Origin: Candidatus Obscuribacterales bacterium
Lineage (GTDB): Bacteria > Cyanobacteriota > Vampirovibrionia > Obscuribacterales > Obscuribacteraceae
DNA length: 64,000 nucleotides
Reading direction: 5' to 3'
NCBI GenBank assembly: GCA_965228855.1
Contig: CBDDIJ010000002.1
Location: 1,408,001 to 1,472,000 of the forward strand
The notes under the pieces are model-generated. The model worked only from the letters and a program-made list of their open reading frames with translations, was not told the DNA's origin and made no database searches. The translations under genes and the position numbers were made by a program. Shown here piece after piece: positions 37,816-47,738 of this stretch; position 1 is the first letter of the stretch, and every line of letters starts with the position of its first letter.

Positions 37816-39930
37816 ATGGGCAGAACAAGGGCCGATCAGCCCGTCGCTGATGATCGTCAGTCAGGGCAGTCTCCGGAAGACACGCGTCTCGAGGCAAGCA
37901 GGACACTCCTGGCGGCGGCAGACAGTCAACCGCAGACCTGGTCGCGGAATGACGGTGGTCGCTACTACGATGTAGCGCAAAACGCACCTAACAACCCGGG
38001 GAATCAATGGGTCGACGTTCCGACCGTTGGTGGCGCAACGGTGCGCTTCGACCCCAGAGGTCAATTTGTCGATATCTACGGACCTAACCGAGAAAGCCTC
38101 GGTAGAACCAGATTGGAGCCTGGGCAGCCCACTCCGTTGCGAATCGGCAATCAAGAAATCTATGCCAATCCGAATGGAACAGTCGATGCGCGCACGCAGA
38201 ATGGCGGCTTCGAGCGCACATATCCCGGAGGCATGAAGGAGAACTTCCAGAAGGTCGGTGACAAGTATGTCATTCAGGACCGTAAGTTTCCAGATGGGTC
38301 TTACGAAAAGTACGCCGATGGCAAATTACAGGAGACGAATCACAAGGGCTTCATAACTAAGTTTGATGCAGCCGGCCATAAAACTGACGTGTCGACTCCC
38401 AACGGTGACAAGTATCACTTCAAGTATGGCGCAAATGGAAAAGTCGATAGCTACGAGCTGTCCAAGCGCAACGAGAAGGGCGAAAACCAGGTCGTGGAGC
38501 GGGCTTCTCGTGGAAGCGACGGTAATCTAAAAGTCGAACGCCGACAAGGTGACGGCACCATGAAGGTGGACGAGCGTTTGAAAGGGCGCGCAGATGTGGC
38601 TCTCCGAGCCGATCTTAAGCTCGATTATCTCGACAAAGACGGCTACGGTATGCCTGATTCGACCGGGCGTATGATCAAGCGCGACGATCGCACCGTGATG
38701 ATTCAGGCTAACGGAGCGGACGGGCGTCCGGTTGCGCATCCGGTCAATCCAATCCGATCGATAAGATATGCGGACGGTAGGCAGACAGATTATCAATACA
38801 GTTCGGACCGCGATCGCGCTCAAGGGCGACAGACAAGCGATGACGGGCTGAGCAGCTACACGATTAGAGACCGTAACGGCAAGGTCGTCGAATTTGCTCA
38901 GAAGATTCCGGACATCCCGGGAACCGAACGTCGAAACAGCACAGCCTGGTTCGAGTTTAAAGCTAAGCCAGGCGAGTCCCTTCCTGAGGATAAAGTCGCT
39001 CAGGTCAAAAGGCTGATGCAGTCTGCCGATCCATCGCTACCGCCGGAAGAGGCGCAGAAGCAGATGATGGCTAATCGCGCGGAACTGATGAAAACTCGTC
39101 CTATGTCGGAGTACATGCCCACTGTGAAGGGCCAGGAGACGACCAACGTCGCAATCGATCAGCTCTCAGGTCGACAGTTCAACCAGTACGCCAACGGTGA
39201 GGTGCGAGGTCGCAACGAGCGGGGATTGGAATTCAAACCATCGTACGATCAGAACACTGGTTCTCGATATGAAACCTATAATGACGGCACCACTTATAAA
39301 CGTACTTGGGATGCGGATCCTCGAATTCACCCGTTGCATCGCACGACAGTTACACGGGCGAACGCCGACGGCATAAATCGGATAGAGTTGCATCATTCGC
39401 GGCGCGACAACTCATTTATAAACGTCAATTACGACAAAGATGGACGCGTGCCACAGGACATAATCGTCACACCGCCTGGTGCACAGCCCGTGCGCATGGC
39501 TCCTGATGCATCTAATCCAAATACGTGGAATGAGTATTCTCGCGACGGAAACGGTTGGAAACCGACTGGCAGGTCGTTTCCGATGAGAGTAGACATGCTC
39601 GGTAAGGATTCTCATGTTACCCTCGACGGTCAGGCCGTCCCGCCAGGCAGCCTGGTGATAAGCCAGGGAGACAAACGCAGGTTAATCACTCCGGGTGGCG
39701 AAGAGTTTCTCGGTACCGTAGGTCGCACGCCCACAGAGATTGTGGCGGACCCGCAGAAAGCTTATCCTATTCCTGAGTTTCCCAATCGTCCTCAGCAGGG
39801 CGATCGGCGCCCTCCAGGGTGGACTCAACAGATTCCGCAGCAGCGACCAGACAGGCGGGCGCAGCCTGGACAGCCTCAGGTTCAGCCGCAAGATGACCCT
39901 CGCAGAAGAGTGCCACCGGTCCGCCGCTAG
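37816..39930 (+). CDS. Hypothetical 704-aa protein rich in beta-hairpin (x-P/A-D/N-G) repeats
   Basis: GAGGAG SD; repeats YPGG, FPDG, TPNG, YADG, YANG, YNDG; no signal peptide; P/Q/R-rich C-terminus. Confidence 0.75.
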   Translation: MGRTRADQPVADDRQSGQSPEDTRLEASRTLLAAADSQPQTWSRNDGGRYYDVAQNAPNNPGNQWVDVPTVGGATVRFDPRGQFVDIYGPNRESLGRTRLEPGQPTPLRIGNQEIYANPNGTVDARTQNGGFERTYPGGMKENFQKVGDKYVIQDRKFPDGSYEKYADGKLQETNHKGFITKFDAAGHKTDVSTPNGDKYHFKYGANGKVDSYELSKRNEKGENQVVERASRGSDGNLKVERRQGDGTMKVDERLKGRADVALRADLKLDYLDKDGYGMPDSTGRMIKRDDRTVMIQANGADGRPVAHPVNPIRSIRYADGRQTDYQYSSDRDRAQGRQTSDDGLSSYTIRDRNGKVVEFAQKIPDIPGTERRNSTAWFEFKAKPGESLPEDKVAQVKRLMQSADPSLPPEEAQKQMMANRAELMKTRPMSEYMPTVKGQETTNVAIDQLSGRQFNQYANGEVRGRNERGLEFKPSYDQNTGSRYETYNDGTTYKRTWDADPRIHPLHRTTVTRANADGINRIELHHSRRDNSFINVNYDKDGRVPQDIIVTPPGAQPVRMAPDASNPNTWNEYSRDGNGWKPTGRSFPMRVDMLGKDSHVTLDGQAVPPGSLVISQGDKRRLITPGGEEFLGTVGRTPTEIVADPQKAYPIPEFPNRPQQGDRRPPGWTQQIPQQRPDRRAQPGQPQVQPQDDPRRRVPPVRR

Positions 39931-40046
39931 TGTGAAACGCAAGCGAGTGCCATCGTTTCGATACTAATGTGTAAACGCAAGCGAGTGCCGCTAGTCCTTA
40001 AACCAGGTGCCACCAGTTTTACTTAGCCTAAACGCACGTAGTTGCC
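39927..40046. repeat. Short degenerate direct-repeat cluster in a convergent intergenic region
   Basis: AAACGCAAGCGAGTGCC exact at 39935-39951 and 39973-39989; degenerate copies AAACCAGGTGCC (about 40000) and AAACGCACGTAGTTGCC (about 40030). Confidence 0.7.
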
Positions 40047-40074
40047 TCGGGCCGAGTTGCAGTCCATTGCTATG

Positions 40075-41958
40075 CTAGTGCCTTGATTGAGGTTGCGAAA
40101 TCGGCTCCGGCAGCGGTCGTTGCTCCGTCGATTGCTGCAAGTCCGTTTTCACCGACATCGGCTTGCCTGGCTCTTGAGCCGGCAAAGTGTTAGTCTCGAA
40201 CTCATCATCTTCGTCGGCAGTGACTGCCTTAATCGCATCTTGCGCTGCTTGATGTTCTTCTTTCGTCAACGACGCGGGTGTCACGTAACCAGGCTCGTGA
40301 GGTAGCAAGAGCTTAGGATTTTCGAGATGTGCCGGTGAATCATGGGCTTCTCGATGAAGCCATTCTTTCTTATAATTCCCTCGATCAGAAGGGCGGGCGA
40401 ATGAATAAGCACCGTCATCCGGCAGGTGTTTCTCAATATCGTCGGCATACTTGTTAATGATGTCGCGTGCAATGATGCGTTTCTCTTCCGGCAGCGATTT
40501 CAGCCAGGCATCGATATCTACCTGCTGCCACCACTTCGAATCACCATCCCAGCGGACGTATTTGAGCATGTCTTTGATGCCTTCGACCTTCAAGTTGGCT
40601 ATCAGGTCTTGAATCATCACGTATGTCTCTTTGTAGAACTTCAACTTCGTGACACCACGATCGTATTGTTTCGTCCAGACTTTAAATTGGCGCCGTGGAG
40701 GCGGGTTTGAGTTAGCTCCGACCCAACTGCAAATTCCTTCGATATAAGGATCGGCAAGTCTCGTATTGAGCAAGTGAATAAGTTCGTGCCCGAGACTATG
40801 GTAGTAGGCATCGGTTGTTTCATCATTTGCCATACAGATGCAAAACACTCCGCGCTTTTCATCAACCATCACCGTCTGGCATGAATTGCCGGTACGATAC
40901 ATGATGTACAGGCGCTTGATAGGCACTTTTGCAGCGCCAAACGTTTTCTGTGCATTTGCCAAAGTGTCATTTGCGAACTTATAAATTTGCGGATTGGTTA
41001 TGAATTCATAGCGTTTTTTCTTAACGCGCTTTTCCTTTGCTTTCTCCTTAGCTTCCAATATCTTTTGCTGTTTTTTATCCTCGGCTGCTCCAGCTTTGTC
41101 GCCAATTCTATCCCGCTCCATACCCCGGCATTCTCGTGGCCATGGGTCATCCGGAGCTACCTTGACGGCGCGATCGAAATCGCGCATGGCCGCTTTTGCA
41201 TCACCAAGTTCGCTGTGAAGCCTTCCCCGAGCACAGAGCACCGCTGAATATTCCGGATAGAGCGCTAAGGCTAAATCGAAATCTTTGAAGGCCGCGTCGG
41301 TGTTTTTCAGCACCAGCTGTTCGTTTCCACGCGCGAATGGAATGTATGCGTCCTTCTTGTCGTACTGAGCCGCCATGTTCAAGTCATCGATTGCGCCTTG
41401 CGTGTTCAACATGAGACCGCGGATGTATGCGCGTGCGCAATAGAGTTCCGGATTTTTGGGATCGAGTTCGATACCTTTGTCGTAGTTGACTAAAACCTCT
41501 TCTCGCTTTCCTCCGGCGGTTGAAATCCCTCTGCCTCTGGCCAGCCAGTATTCAGCATTGCTCGGCTCGTACTTAACAGCGAGATTGAAATCTTCGACAG
41601 CCTTCTTATGCTTCTCCTTATCTACGTAGACTTGCGCTCGTCCAAAATAAGCTCGTGCATTTTTCGGATTCAACTTAATCGCTTCGTTGAAGTCTGCCAG
41701 CGCGCCTTTTAAGTCACCAACGCGCGCTCTAGACATGGCTCTGTCGGTAAACGAATCGGAGTCTTTTGGTTCTGTGATGGCGAAGTAATCGTGAATGGGC
41801 GGTTCTGTCGGACGAGGTTTCGCACCGAGACCGAATGACGATTGCACCGCCAGTGGTGTCAGCCACCATAAAAGGCCGCTTGCGCACAGGATGCACACTA
41901 CCGACGTTACTATTGCGGTTTTGTACGAAGACGGAAGATTGTCAGGTCGGTCTTGCAA
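40075..41958 (-). CDS. Membrane-anchored TPR protein with a C-terminal HExxH metallopeptidase-like domain
   Basis: GGAGG SD before TTG; N-terminal TM; about six TPRs (ALADFNEAIKLNP); GHELIHLL...IEG. Confidence 0.75.
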   Translation of the reverse strand: MQDRPDNLPSSYKTAIVTSVVCILCASGLLWWLTPLAVQSSFGLGAKPRPTEPPIHDYFAITEPKDSDSFTDRAMSRARVGDLKGALADFNEAIKLNPKNARAYFGRAQVYVDKEKHKKAVEDFNLAVKYEPSNAEYWLARGRGISTAGGKREEVLVNYDKGIELDPKNPELYCARAYIRGLMLNTQGAIDDLNMAAQYDKKDAYIPFARGNEQLVLKNTDAAFKDFDLALALYPEYSAVLCARGRLHSELGDAKAAMRDFDRAVKVAPDDPWPRECRGMERDRIGDKAGAAEDKKQQKILEAKEKAKEKRVKKKRYEFITNPQIYKFANDTLANAQKTFGAAKVPIKRLYIMYRTGNSCQTVMVDEKRGVFCICMANDETTDAYYHSLGHELIHLLNTRLADPYIEGICSWVGANSNPPPRRQFKVWTKQYDRGVTKLKFYKETYVMIQDLIANLKVEGIKDMLKYVRWDGDSKWWQQVDIDAWLKSLPEEKRIIARDIINKYADDIEKHLPDDGAYSFARPSDRGNYKKEWLHREAHDSPAHLENPKLLLPHEPGYVTPASLTKEEHQAAQDAIKAVTADEDDEFETNTLPAQEPGKPMSVKTDLQQSTEQRPLPEPISQPQSRH

Positions 41959-42215
41959 CTTGCCTCCAGGAATATCCAGGTCTGTTTAACTTCGAAAACA
42001 CAGTCGCATTTAGAGGAAGCTGGTAAACCCCTCCAGTCCGACATTTGCCAACTGTAGCAAAATTCGGGGTAATTGTGCTCCTGAATTCCCTTGAAAGCGT
42101 TCAACTTTGCCCGTTTATTCCTTGTTGAAAGGGGGCATTTTTCAATTTGGCGGCTTACACCGAGACCCGTGGGGTCCGTACCCTGAAAGCGCGTAAAGAG
42201 GCTATCGGAGAAGAG

Positions 42216-43160
42216 ATGACATCAACCAACACCCAAACGAAATACCGATTAGTAACCCGTAGCGACTTCGACGGCCTGGTGTGCGCCGTAATGCTCAAGC
42301 ATATGAACATGATTGACGACATTTTGTTCGTCCACCCGAAAGACATGCAGGACGGCAAGGTCGAAATTACCGACCGCGATATAACCACCAACCTGCCATA
42401 TGTCGATGGCGTGCATCTCGCTTTCGACCACCATTTGAGCGAAACCATTCGCAATAAAGATAAGAAAGAAAACCATATTATCGACCCCGACGCGATGTCA
42501 GCGGCGCGCGTGGTGTGGGATCACTACGGCGGCGAAAAGACTTTCCCTTCGAAGTGGCTGGGGATGATGGAAGCCGTTGATAAGGCTGATGCTGCGCAAT
42601 TTAGCGTCGATGAGATATTGAATCCTACCGATTGGGTTTTACTGAATTACCTGATGGACCCTCGGACCGGTCTTGGTCGATTTCGCAATTTCAGGATTTC
42701 GAACTACAACCTGATGATGGAACTTATTGATGCGTGCAAAGACAAAGATATCTCCGAGATCATTCAGATGCCTGACGTCCAAGAGCGTGTTGTTCTGTAC
42801 CAAGAGCAGGCCGAGCTCTTTAAGGAGCAGGTAAAACGCTGTTCAACAGTACATAAGAATCTGATTGTTTTGAACCTGAAAGGCGAAGAAACCATTTACG
42901 CCGGCAACCGGTTTATGATCTACGCAATGTATCCGGAGACGAATATTTCAATTCACGTGCTCTGGGGACTGAAGCAGCAGAATACTGTTTTTGCAATCGG
43001 TAAATCCATCGTTAATAGAAGCTCGAAAACCAACATCGGTGAGCTTTGTCTAAAATACAACGGTGGTGGCCATGAGAAGGCCGGCACCTGTCAGATTGAA
43101 AATGATAAAGCTGACGGGGTACTCAAAGAGCTTGTCGAGCAGATTACGTCTGACGGCTAA
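42216..43160 (+). CDS. DHH-family phosphoesterase (exopolyphosphatase/nanoRNase-like)
   Basis: RLVTRSDFDGLVCA, FDHH, SAAR and GGGH...GTC (DHHA1-like). ATG 42216 follows GGAG. Confidence 0.88.
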   Translation: MTSTNTQTKYRLVTRSDFDGLVCAVMLKHMNMIDDILFVHPKDMQDGKVEITDRDITTNLPYVDGVHLAFDHHLSETIRNKDKKENHIIDPDAMSAARVVWDHYGGEKTFPSKWLGMMEAVDKADAAQFSVDEILNPTDWVLLNYLMDPRTGLGRFRNFRISNYNLMMELIDACKDKDISEIIQMPDVQERVVLYQEQAELFKEQVKRCSTVHKNLIVLNLKGEETIYAGNRFMIYAMYPETNISIHVLWGLKQQNTVFAIGKSIVNRSSKTNIGELCLKYNGGGHEKAGTCQIENDKADGVLKELVEQITSDG

Positions 43161-43167
43161 AGCTGCG

Positions 43168-45648
43168 TTAGAGAGACAGGAACTTCTGCAGCGTCTGAGT
43201 AGAAACAAGCGGATCTGCAGTTCTTACAACCCACTCGTTCTGTTTTATGATATCGCGGGTGGTGCTGGAAATCTGATAGAGGTTGAAAACGGCCTCGTCT
43301 ATCTTTTCTTGTATCTGTGATTCGCGCGTGTTTATGTAATCTATGCGCTCGGTCAGTCTTTTGTACGCGGATTCCGCGTCCTGCGAGTTCGGTTTTCCAT
43401 CCGTGCTGGCGGTGGCAACTGACGTAGCTGGCGTTATCGAGTTCAGTTCTGAATGTCCCAGCAGGCTTATGAATGCTGGTGATGCCGGGTTCATCCGATC
43501 CGCTTCCCTCGCCAAATCTACAGCTTCCATTGCCAATGCAGCTACGTCCCTCTCCGTGTCATGCGGCGGTTTTCGCATCGGGATTCGACGCAGATCGCCG
43601 ATTTGAAAATTCACGGTCGGGTTCAAAGTGCCTAAAATAAAGCGTATGAGCGATGAGTTGAGAAACCCAAGCATATAATTCAGATCGATTTCGTCGCTGA
43701 ATAGAGCTGAGCTTGCGATATCAAATACGCTACCAGGTGATAATAGTCGAGCTTTAAACCCTTTGGTGCCGATATACGAGTATGTGATGCCCTGACGGAA
43801 GTAGAAACGCTCACCAGGCAAGGCTCTTGATTGACCGCGGCCGGCTCGAAACTCGCGAATGTCGTTGCCGTCATCTTTCCACTCCAGCAGATACGGAGTT
43901 GTGCAGAACCATTTTTGTCCGCCACCTTTATCGTATGGAACGAATCCATTTTTCGTCAGCGAAGTTTCCTTACCAATCTCTGAGAAGTGGCGAACAAAGC
44001 GCTTGTTGTCGCATGTGAAAAGTCCGTTAGTTAAAGTGATACCGCAATCGCTTTGCGAGATTGTCGGAAGCATATCAAACAATTTGGCAATTTCTCCGGG
44101 GCATTGTCCGGCAAGCGGAAAACCCGGAATCATGCGGCTGATCGAAAGAAAGTCATTCTCGTCTATTTTGTGGTTTTGAACAGCCTGGACGCCGTCATGC
44201 TCAGCGACACGTTTTGATGCGGTGGAAACAACATTGTAAGCCCTGATTATATGGGAATCTTGAGGTTTGTCTGCTCGCATTCTGCTGAGAGAGATGATGG
44301 CATTATTGACTTTTTCACCGCCACGACTGTCAAAGCTACCAGGTCCCAGGTGGACGATACTGTTTATGTGGCATCTGTCGACTAATTGCCTGCGCAGTTC
44401 TTCGTAGCGCGCAGTGGTGAGAAAACTCTGCTGACAAATCAAAGCGAGCCGCCCTTCTTCTGTCATCAGTCTGATACCGAGTTCTAAAAACGCCGCGTAT
44501 AAATCATAGTGAGACGCGTTGTAGTTTTGAATGAGGAAGTCTGCCGATTCTCTGGGTAGAAGTCGGTGACTGAGGTATGGTGGATTGAGAGCGTGCGCGT
44601 CGAATCTTTCCGGCAACTCCGTAGCCGAAATTTGTGAACCGTCGATCCTGTAAAGGTCAACATGAGGACGTGGTTGGAGCGACAGGAGCAGGCTGCCGTG
44701 GCATGCGGGCTCCGGCAGTGCGGAGTCAAGTGCGCGCTCGCTCGAAAATGCAAAAATATGTGGTATCGGAAGTGGTGCCTGAGTTGAAAGGTCCCGGCAG
44801 GCGAGGTAGATAGAGAATGCTGAAAGACCTGCCATGAGCGGATCGATATCTATGCCGAACAGTTGTTGGTTTAAAACATGCTGAAGCGCCGCTTCAACGC
44901 TTTCCTCCTTCATCTGTGCGTCAACCAATTTGCGCAAGGCTGGAACGAGTATGTGACCGGCTCCGCATGATGAGTCCAGAAATTTAAAAGGTCGATCGCG
45001 GGGAATTTCGTTTGGAATACATTCGGCGATTAGGAAGTTTGCTATCCACTCGGGAGTAAACCACTGTGTTATTTGTGAGATCCCATGAACAGTTTTAGAT
45101 CCACGCAGATCGCTGTAGTTGTTTCGCTTCAAGAGGAGGCACTGATAGATCCAACCGGTGAAGAGGGGGTCTGTGATTTGGTTTAAGGCAAGCTTGTCTT
45201 CGCAAATGGTTTGAAACCTTTCTTCAAGCCAGACCCCGAGTTCGCCTGCTGTTGCTGACATCGATAGCACTGCGTGGGTCGCAATCTGGCTCGCCAGCGA
45301 GCTGGAATCGATCGATATGTTTTGAATCGCGAATAGTTTTCTGGCGGTCAGCTCAATCAGCTTGCCGGCCGGTGTGCCATCAAGCCGCTCAGGCAGCAAG
45401 CCTCGACAGGCGAGCGAAAGTGTCGCGGCGATTGCAATCGAATCGTCACCAGTCTCCGAAAGAGTCTCGGCCATGGCGCCAACGAGGCCCAGACGACTCC
45501 TCGAAGCGCGCTTGTCACGCGCTGCATTATTAGTTCGTGTTTGTTTTCCGGCTCTGCCTGTCATCCTCTTCTGTCCGAGGTTTTTGTCTGTTGTGCTGGA
45601 GCGCTCAAAGGATTTGTTGTTCCTGTGTGACATCGTGCGTAAGTTCAC
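43168..45648 (-). CDS. N6-adenine DNA methyltransferase, BREX PglX-like, solitary
   Basis: TQWFTPEWI, FLDSSCGAGHIL (SAM-binding motif), GIDID, LNPPY (catalytic), DLYAAF, PYDKGGG.KW, YFRQGITYS, LNPTVNFQIGDL..IP. Confidence 0.82.
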   Translation of the reverse strand: MNLRTMSHRNNKSFERSSTTDKNLGQKRMTGRAGKQTRTNNAARDKRASRSRLGLVGAMAETLSETGDDSIAIAATLSLACRGLLPERLDGTPAGKLIELTARKLFAIQNISIDSSSLASQIATHAVLSMSATAGELGVWLEERFQTICEDKLALNQITDPLFTGWIYQCLLLKRNNYSDLRGSKTVHGISQITQWFTPEWIANFLIAECIPNEIPRDRPFKFLDSSCGAGHILVPALRKLVDAQMKEESVEAALQHVLNQQLFGIDIDPLMAGLSAFSIYLACRDLSTQAPLPIPHIFAFSSERALDSALPEPACHGSLLLSLQPRPHVDLYRIDGSQISATELPERFDAHALNPPYLSHRLLPRESADFLIQNYNASHYDLYAAFLELGIRLMTEEGRLALICQQSFLTTARYEELRRQLVDRCHINSIVHLGPGSFDSRGGEKVNNAIISLSRMRADKPQDSHIIRAYNVVSTASKRVAEHDGVQAVQNHKIDENDFLSISRMIPGFPLAGQCPGEIAKLFDMLPTISQSDCGITLTNGLFTCDNKRFVRHFSEIGKETSLTKNGFVPYDKGGGQKWFCTTPYLLEWKDDGNDIREFRAGRGQSRALPGERFYFRQGITYSYIGTKGFKARLLSPGSVFDIASSALFSDEIDLNYMLGFLNSSLIRFILGTLNPTVNFQIGDLRRIPMRKPPHDTERDVAALAMEAVDLAREADRMNPASPAFISLLGHSELNSITPATSVATASTDGKPNSQDAESAYKRLTERIDYINTRESQIQEKIDEAVFNLYQISSTTRDIIKQNEWVVRTADPLVSTQTLQKFLSL

Positions 45649-45756
45649 ATTTTAGCGAGTTCCAGCACACCATGAAGATAAGACTATGGACGGCTGAACG
45701 AGTTGTCATTTGGTGTATAAATTCAATAGCTTGGTTATATGTTTTAGGAGCTGGTT

Positions 45757-46899
45757 ATGGCTGTTAATCGTGGCTTAGAGGATGTCGTTGCTGCTGAGTC
45801 CTCAATCTGTAAGGTGGATGGCGAGAAGGGGCGCCTCATCTATCGTGGTTATGACATCGATGATCTCGCAGAAAATGCGACTTATGAAGAAGTAGTTTAT
45901 TTGCTTTGGTTCGGTCGGTTGCCCGTGAGAGAGGAGCTCGAAACTCTTCGCAAGGAGCTAGGCGCTAACCGTGCATTGCCTGAAGAACTTGTCGACGAAA
46001 TGAAGAAATGGCCCAAGCATGCAGTGCCGATGGAAGTGCTGCGCTCGGCAACTTCGCTTCTTTCTATGTGGGACGCGGATGCCAGTGAAAATGATCGCTC
46101 TGCCAATATTCGCAAGGCGACTCGTTTGACGGCTCAGCTTCCTACAATTGTCGCTTACTGGGATTGTATTCGCGAAGGACGTGAGCTAGTTGAGCCTAAG
46201 CCGGAACACACTACTGCAGCCAGTTTTCTCTACCTGCTTCACAGCGGGAAAGAACCCGATGAAGTAGCGGTTAAGTCGCTTGATGTAGCGTTGATTCTTC
46301 ATGCGGAGCACGAACTCAACGCATCCACGTTTGCCGCACGCGTTGCAGCCGGAACGCTCAGCGACATGCACTCGGCCGTGACTGCCGCAATCGGGACCCT
46401 GAAAGGACCTCTGCATGGTGGCGCTAATCAGGAAGTAATAAAAATGCTTCTGGAGATTGGTGAAGTTGCGAATGTCGAGCCTTACGTCAAGAAGATGTTC
46501 GCGGAGAAAAAGAAACTGATGGGCTTTGGTCACAGAGTCTATAAAGTGCAGGATCCGCGCGCATTTCACTTGCGTAAAATGTCCGAGGAGCTTTGCAGAG
46601 GCGCCAATCAAATGAAATGGTATGAAATGTCGACCATAATCGAGCGACTTGCTAAGGAAGAGAAAAAGCTCAACTGCAATGTCGACTTTTATTCTGCGTC
46701 GGTCTATCACGTGCTCGGTATTCCGCGAGACCTGTTCACGCCAATCTTCGCCATCAGTCGGATTTCTGGTTGGACCGCGCACATTCTCGAACAGCTCCAG
46801 GACAATCGCTTGATTCGTCCGGAAGCTGAATACACCGGTCACATGGACCTCAAGTACGTTCCGATTGAACAGCGCAAGGAAGTAGCCACCGCTAAGTAG
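45757..46899 (+). CDS. gltA: Citrate synthase (short dimeric type)
   Basis: GLEDV, LIYRGY, HAEHELNASTF, GPLHGGAN, MGFGHRVYK..DPR, NVDFYS. Confidence 0.95.
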   Translation: MAVNRGLEDVVAAESSICKVDGEKGRLIYRGYDIDDLAENATYEEVVYLLWFGRLPVREELETLRKELGANRALPEELVDEMKKWPKHAVPMEVLRSATSLLSMWDADASENDRSANIRKATRLTAQLPTIVAYWDCIREGRELVEPKPEHTTAASFLYLLHSGKEPDEVAVKSLDVALILHAEHELNASTFAARVAAGTLSDMHSAVTAAIGTLKGPLHGGANQEVIKMLLEIGEVANVEPYVKKMFAEKKKLMGFGHRVYKVQDPRAFHLRKMSEELCRGANQMKWYEMSTIIERLAKEEKKLNCNVDFYSASVYHVLGIPRDLFTPIFAISRISGWTAHILEQLQDNRLIRPEAEYTGHMDLKYVPIEQRKEVATAK

Positions 46900-46923
46900 T
46901 TCGCTAAATTTGGAAAAGCATTG

Positions 46924-46952
46924 AAGGGCTCGAGTAACCACTCGAGCCTTTT
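46924..46952. terminator. Probably bidirectional intrinsic terminator between gltA and the RDD gene
   Basis: AAGGGCTCGAGT-AACC-ACTCGAGCCTTTT. Confidence 0.8.
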
Positions 46953-47730
46953 ATTCGAGTCCGCGTGCCTGATAGGAAAGAAAGACTTTTTCTAGAAACG
47001 CCTCGCCGTCATCGGTTTTTCCGTCGGTCCCAGGTGTTTCGGAGAGTTTGTCGCGGAAATAGGTTTCAAGCCGTTTAGCTACAACCGGTCTGTGTGCGGG
47101 TGAGAGAGTTGTGCGTCGTTTGAGGAAGCGAGCAAGAAGGTCGTACTCATCCGGTGTGACGCGACCGATGTCAAGCAAGCTGTCGGCTTGTGCATTTGTC
47201 AGCATTTTGATTTCCGACGTGGCGAGATCGGTGGTTCGCTCTCTAATGACCAGAGTGCCCGCCGCCAGATCGCCCAATCGGCGCTCGTTCTTGTCGATTA
47301 ACATAACCAGAAGTCCAATCAAGAGGAGCCCAGTGTCGAGGACGCGAACAAAATTGCGAATGCAAACCGCCGCCCAGCCGACTGGTTGACCGTTTGTCTC
47401 GATAACTCGAATGCGGGCTATCCGCTTTCCTGGGGTCTGGCCTGCCCAGATGCCCTCGAAAAAGATGTTGTACCCGAAGGTGATTATGAAAGCCACGAAT
47501 ATAGCAATCATGGCTGTTACCATCAATAATGCGTTGTGCGGCAGGGCGAGAACTTTTGTTTGATCTAGAATGAAACCGATAAGAATGAAGGTGAGGCCAA
47601 TGCAGGTAATCACGGTTCCGCTTATCATTGAGTCGATCATCGTGGCAAGCACGCGATTGCCAATCCCGGCAAGCTCGAGGTGTAGGTCAACATTTTCCGG
47701 GGTAGAGATCGAGTAGTCTGGACTTTGCAT
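46951..47730 (-). CDS. RDD family membrane protein
   Basis: TPENV.L...LAGIGNR..A..ID, GQTPGKR..RIRV, RRLGDLAAGTLVI. Confidence 0.92.
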   Translation of the reverse strand: MQSPDYSISTPENVDLHLELAGIGNRVLATMIDSMISGTVITCIGLTFILIGFILDQTKVLALPHNALLMVTAMIAIFVAFIITFGYNIFFEGIWAGQTPGKRIARIRVIETNGQPVGWAAVCIRNFVRVLDTGLLLIGLLVMLIDKNERRLGDLAAGTLVIRERTTDLATSEIKMLTNAQADSLLDIGRVTPDEYDLLARFLKRRTTLSPAHRPVVAKRLETYFRDKLSETPGTDGKTDDGEAFLEKVFLSYQARGLE

Positions 47731-47738
47731 TTGATTCT

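Noticed and set aside
39927..40046. CRISPR array or sigma-54 promoters in the repeat cluster
   Set aside because: Only two exact 17-bp copies, irregular spacing and no cas genes. TGGCAC-N4-TTGC on the minus strand is one base short of the required sigma-54 spacing.
42216..46899. Complete BREX system
   Set aside because: Only the PglX-like gene is present; its neighbours are a DHH phosphoesterase and citrate synthase.
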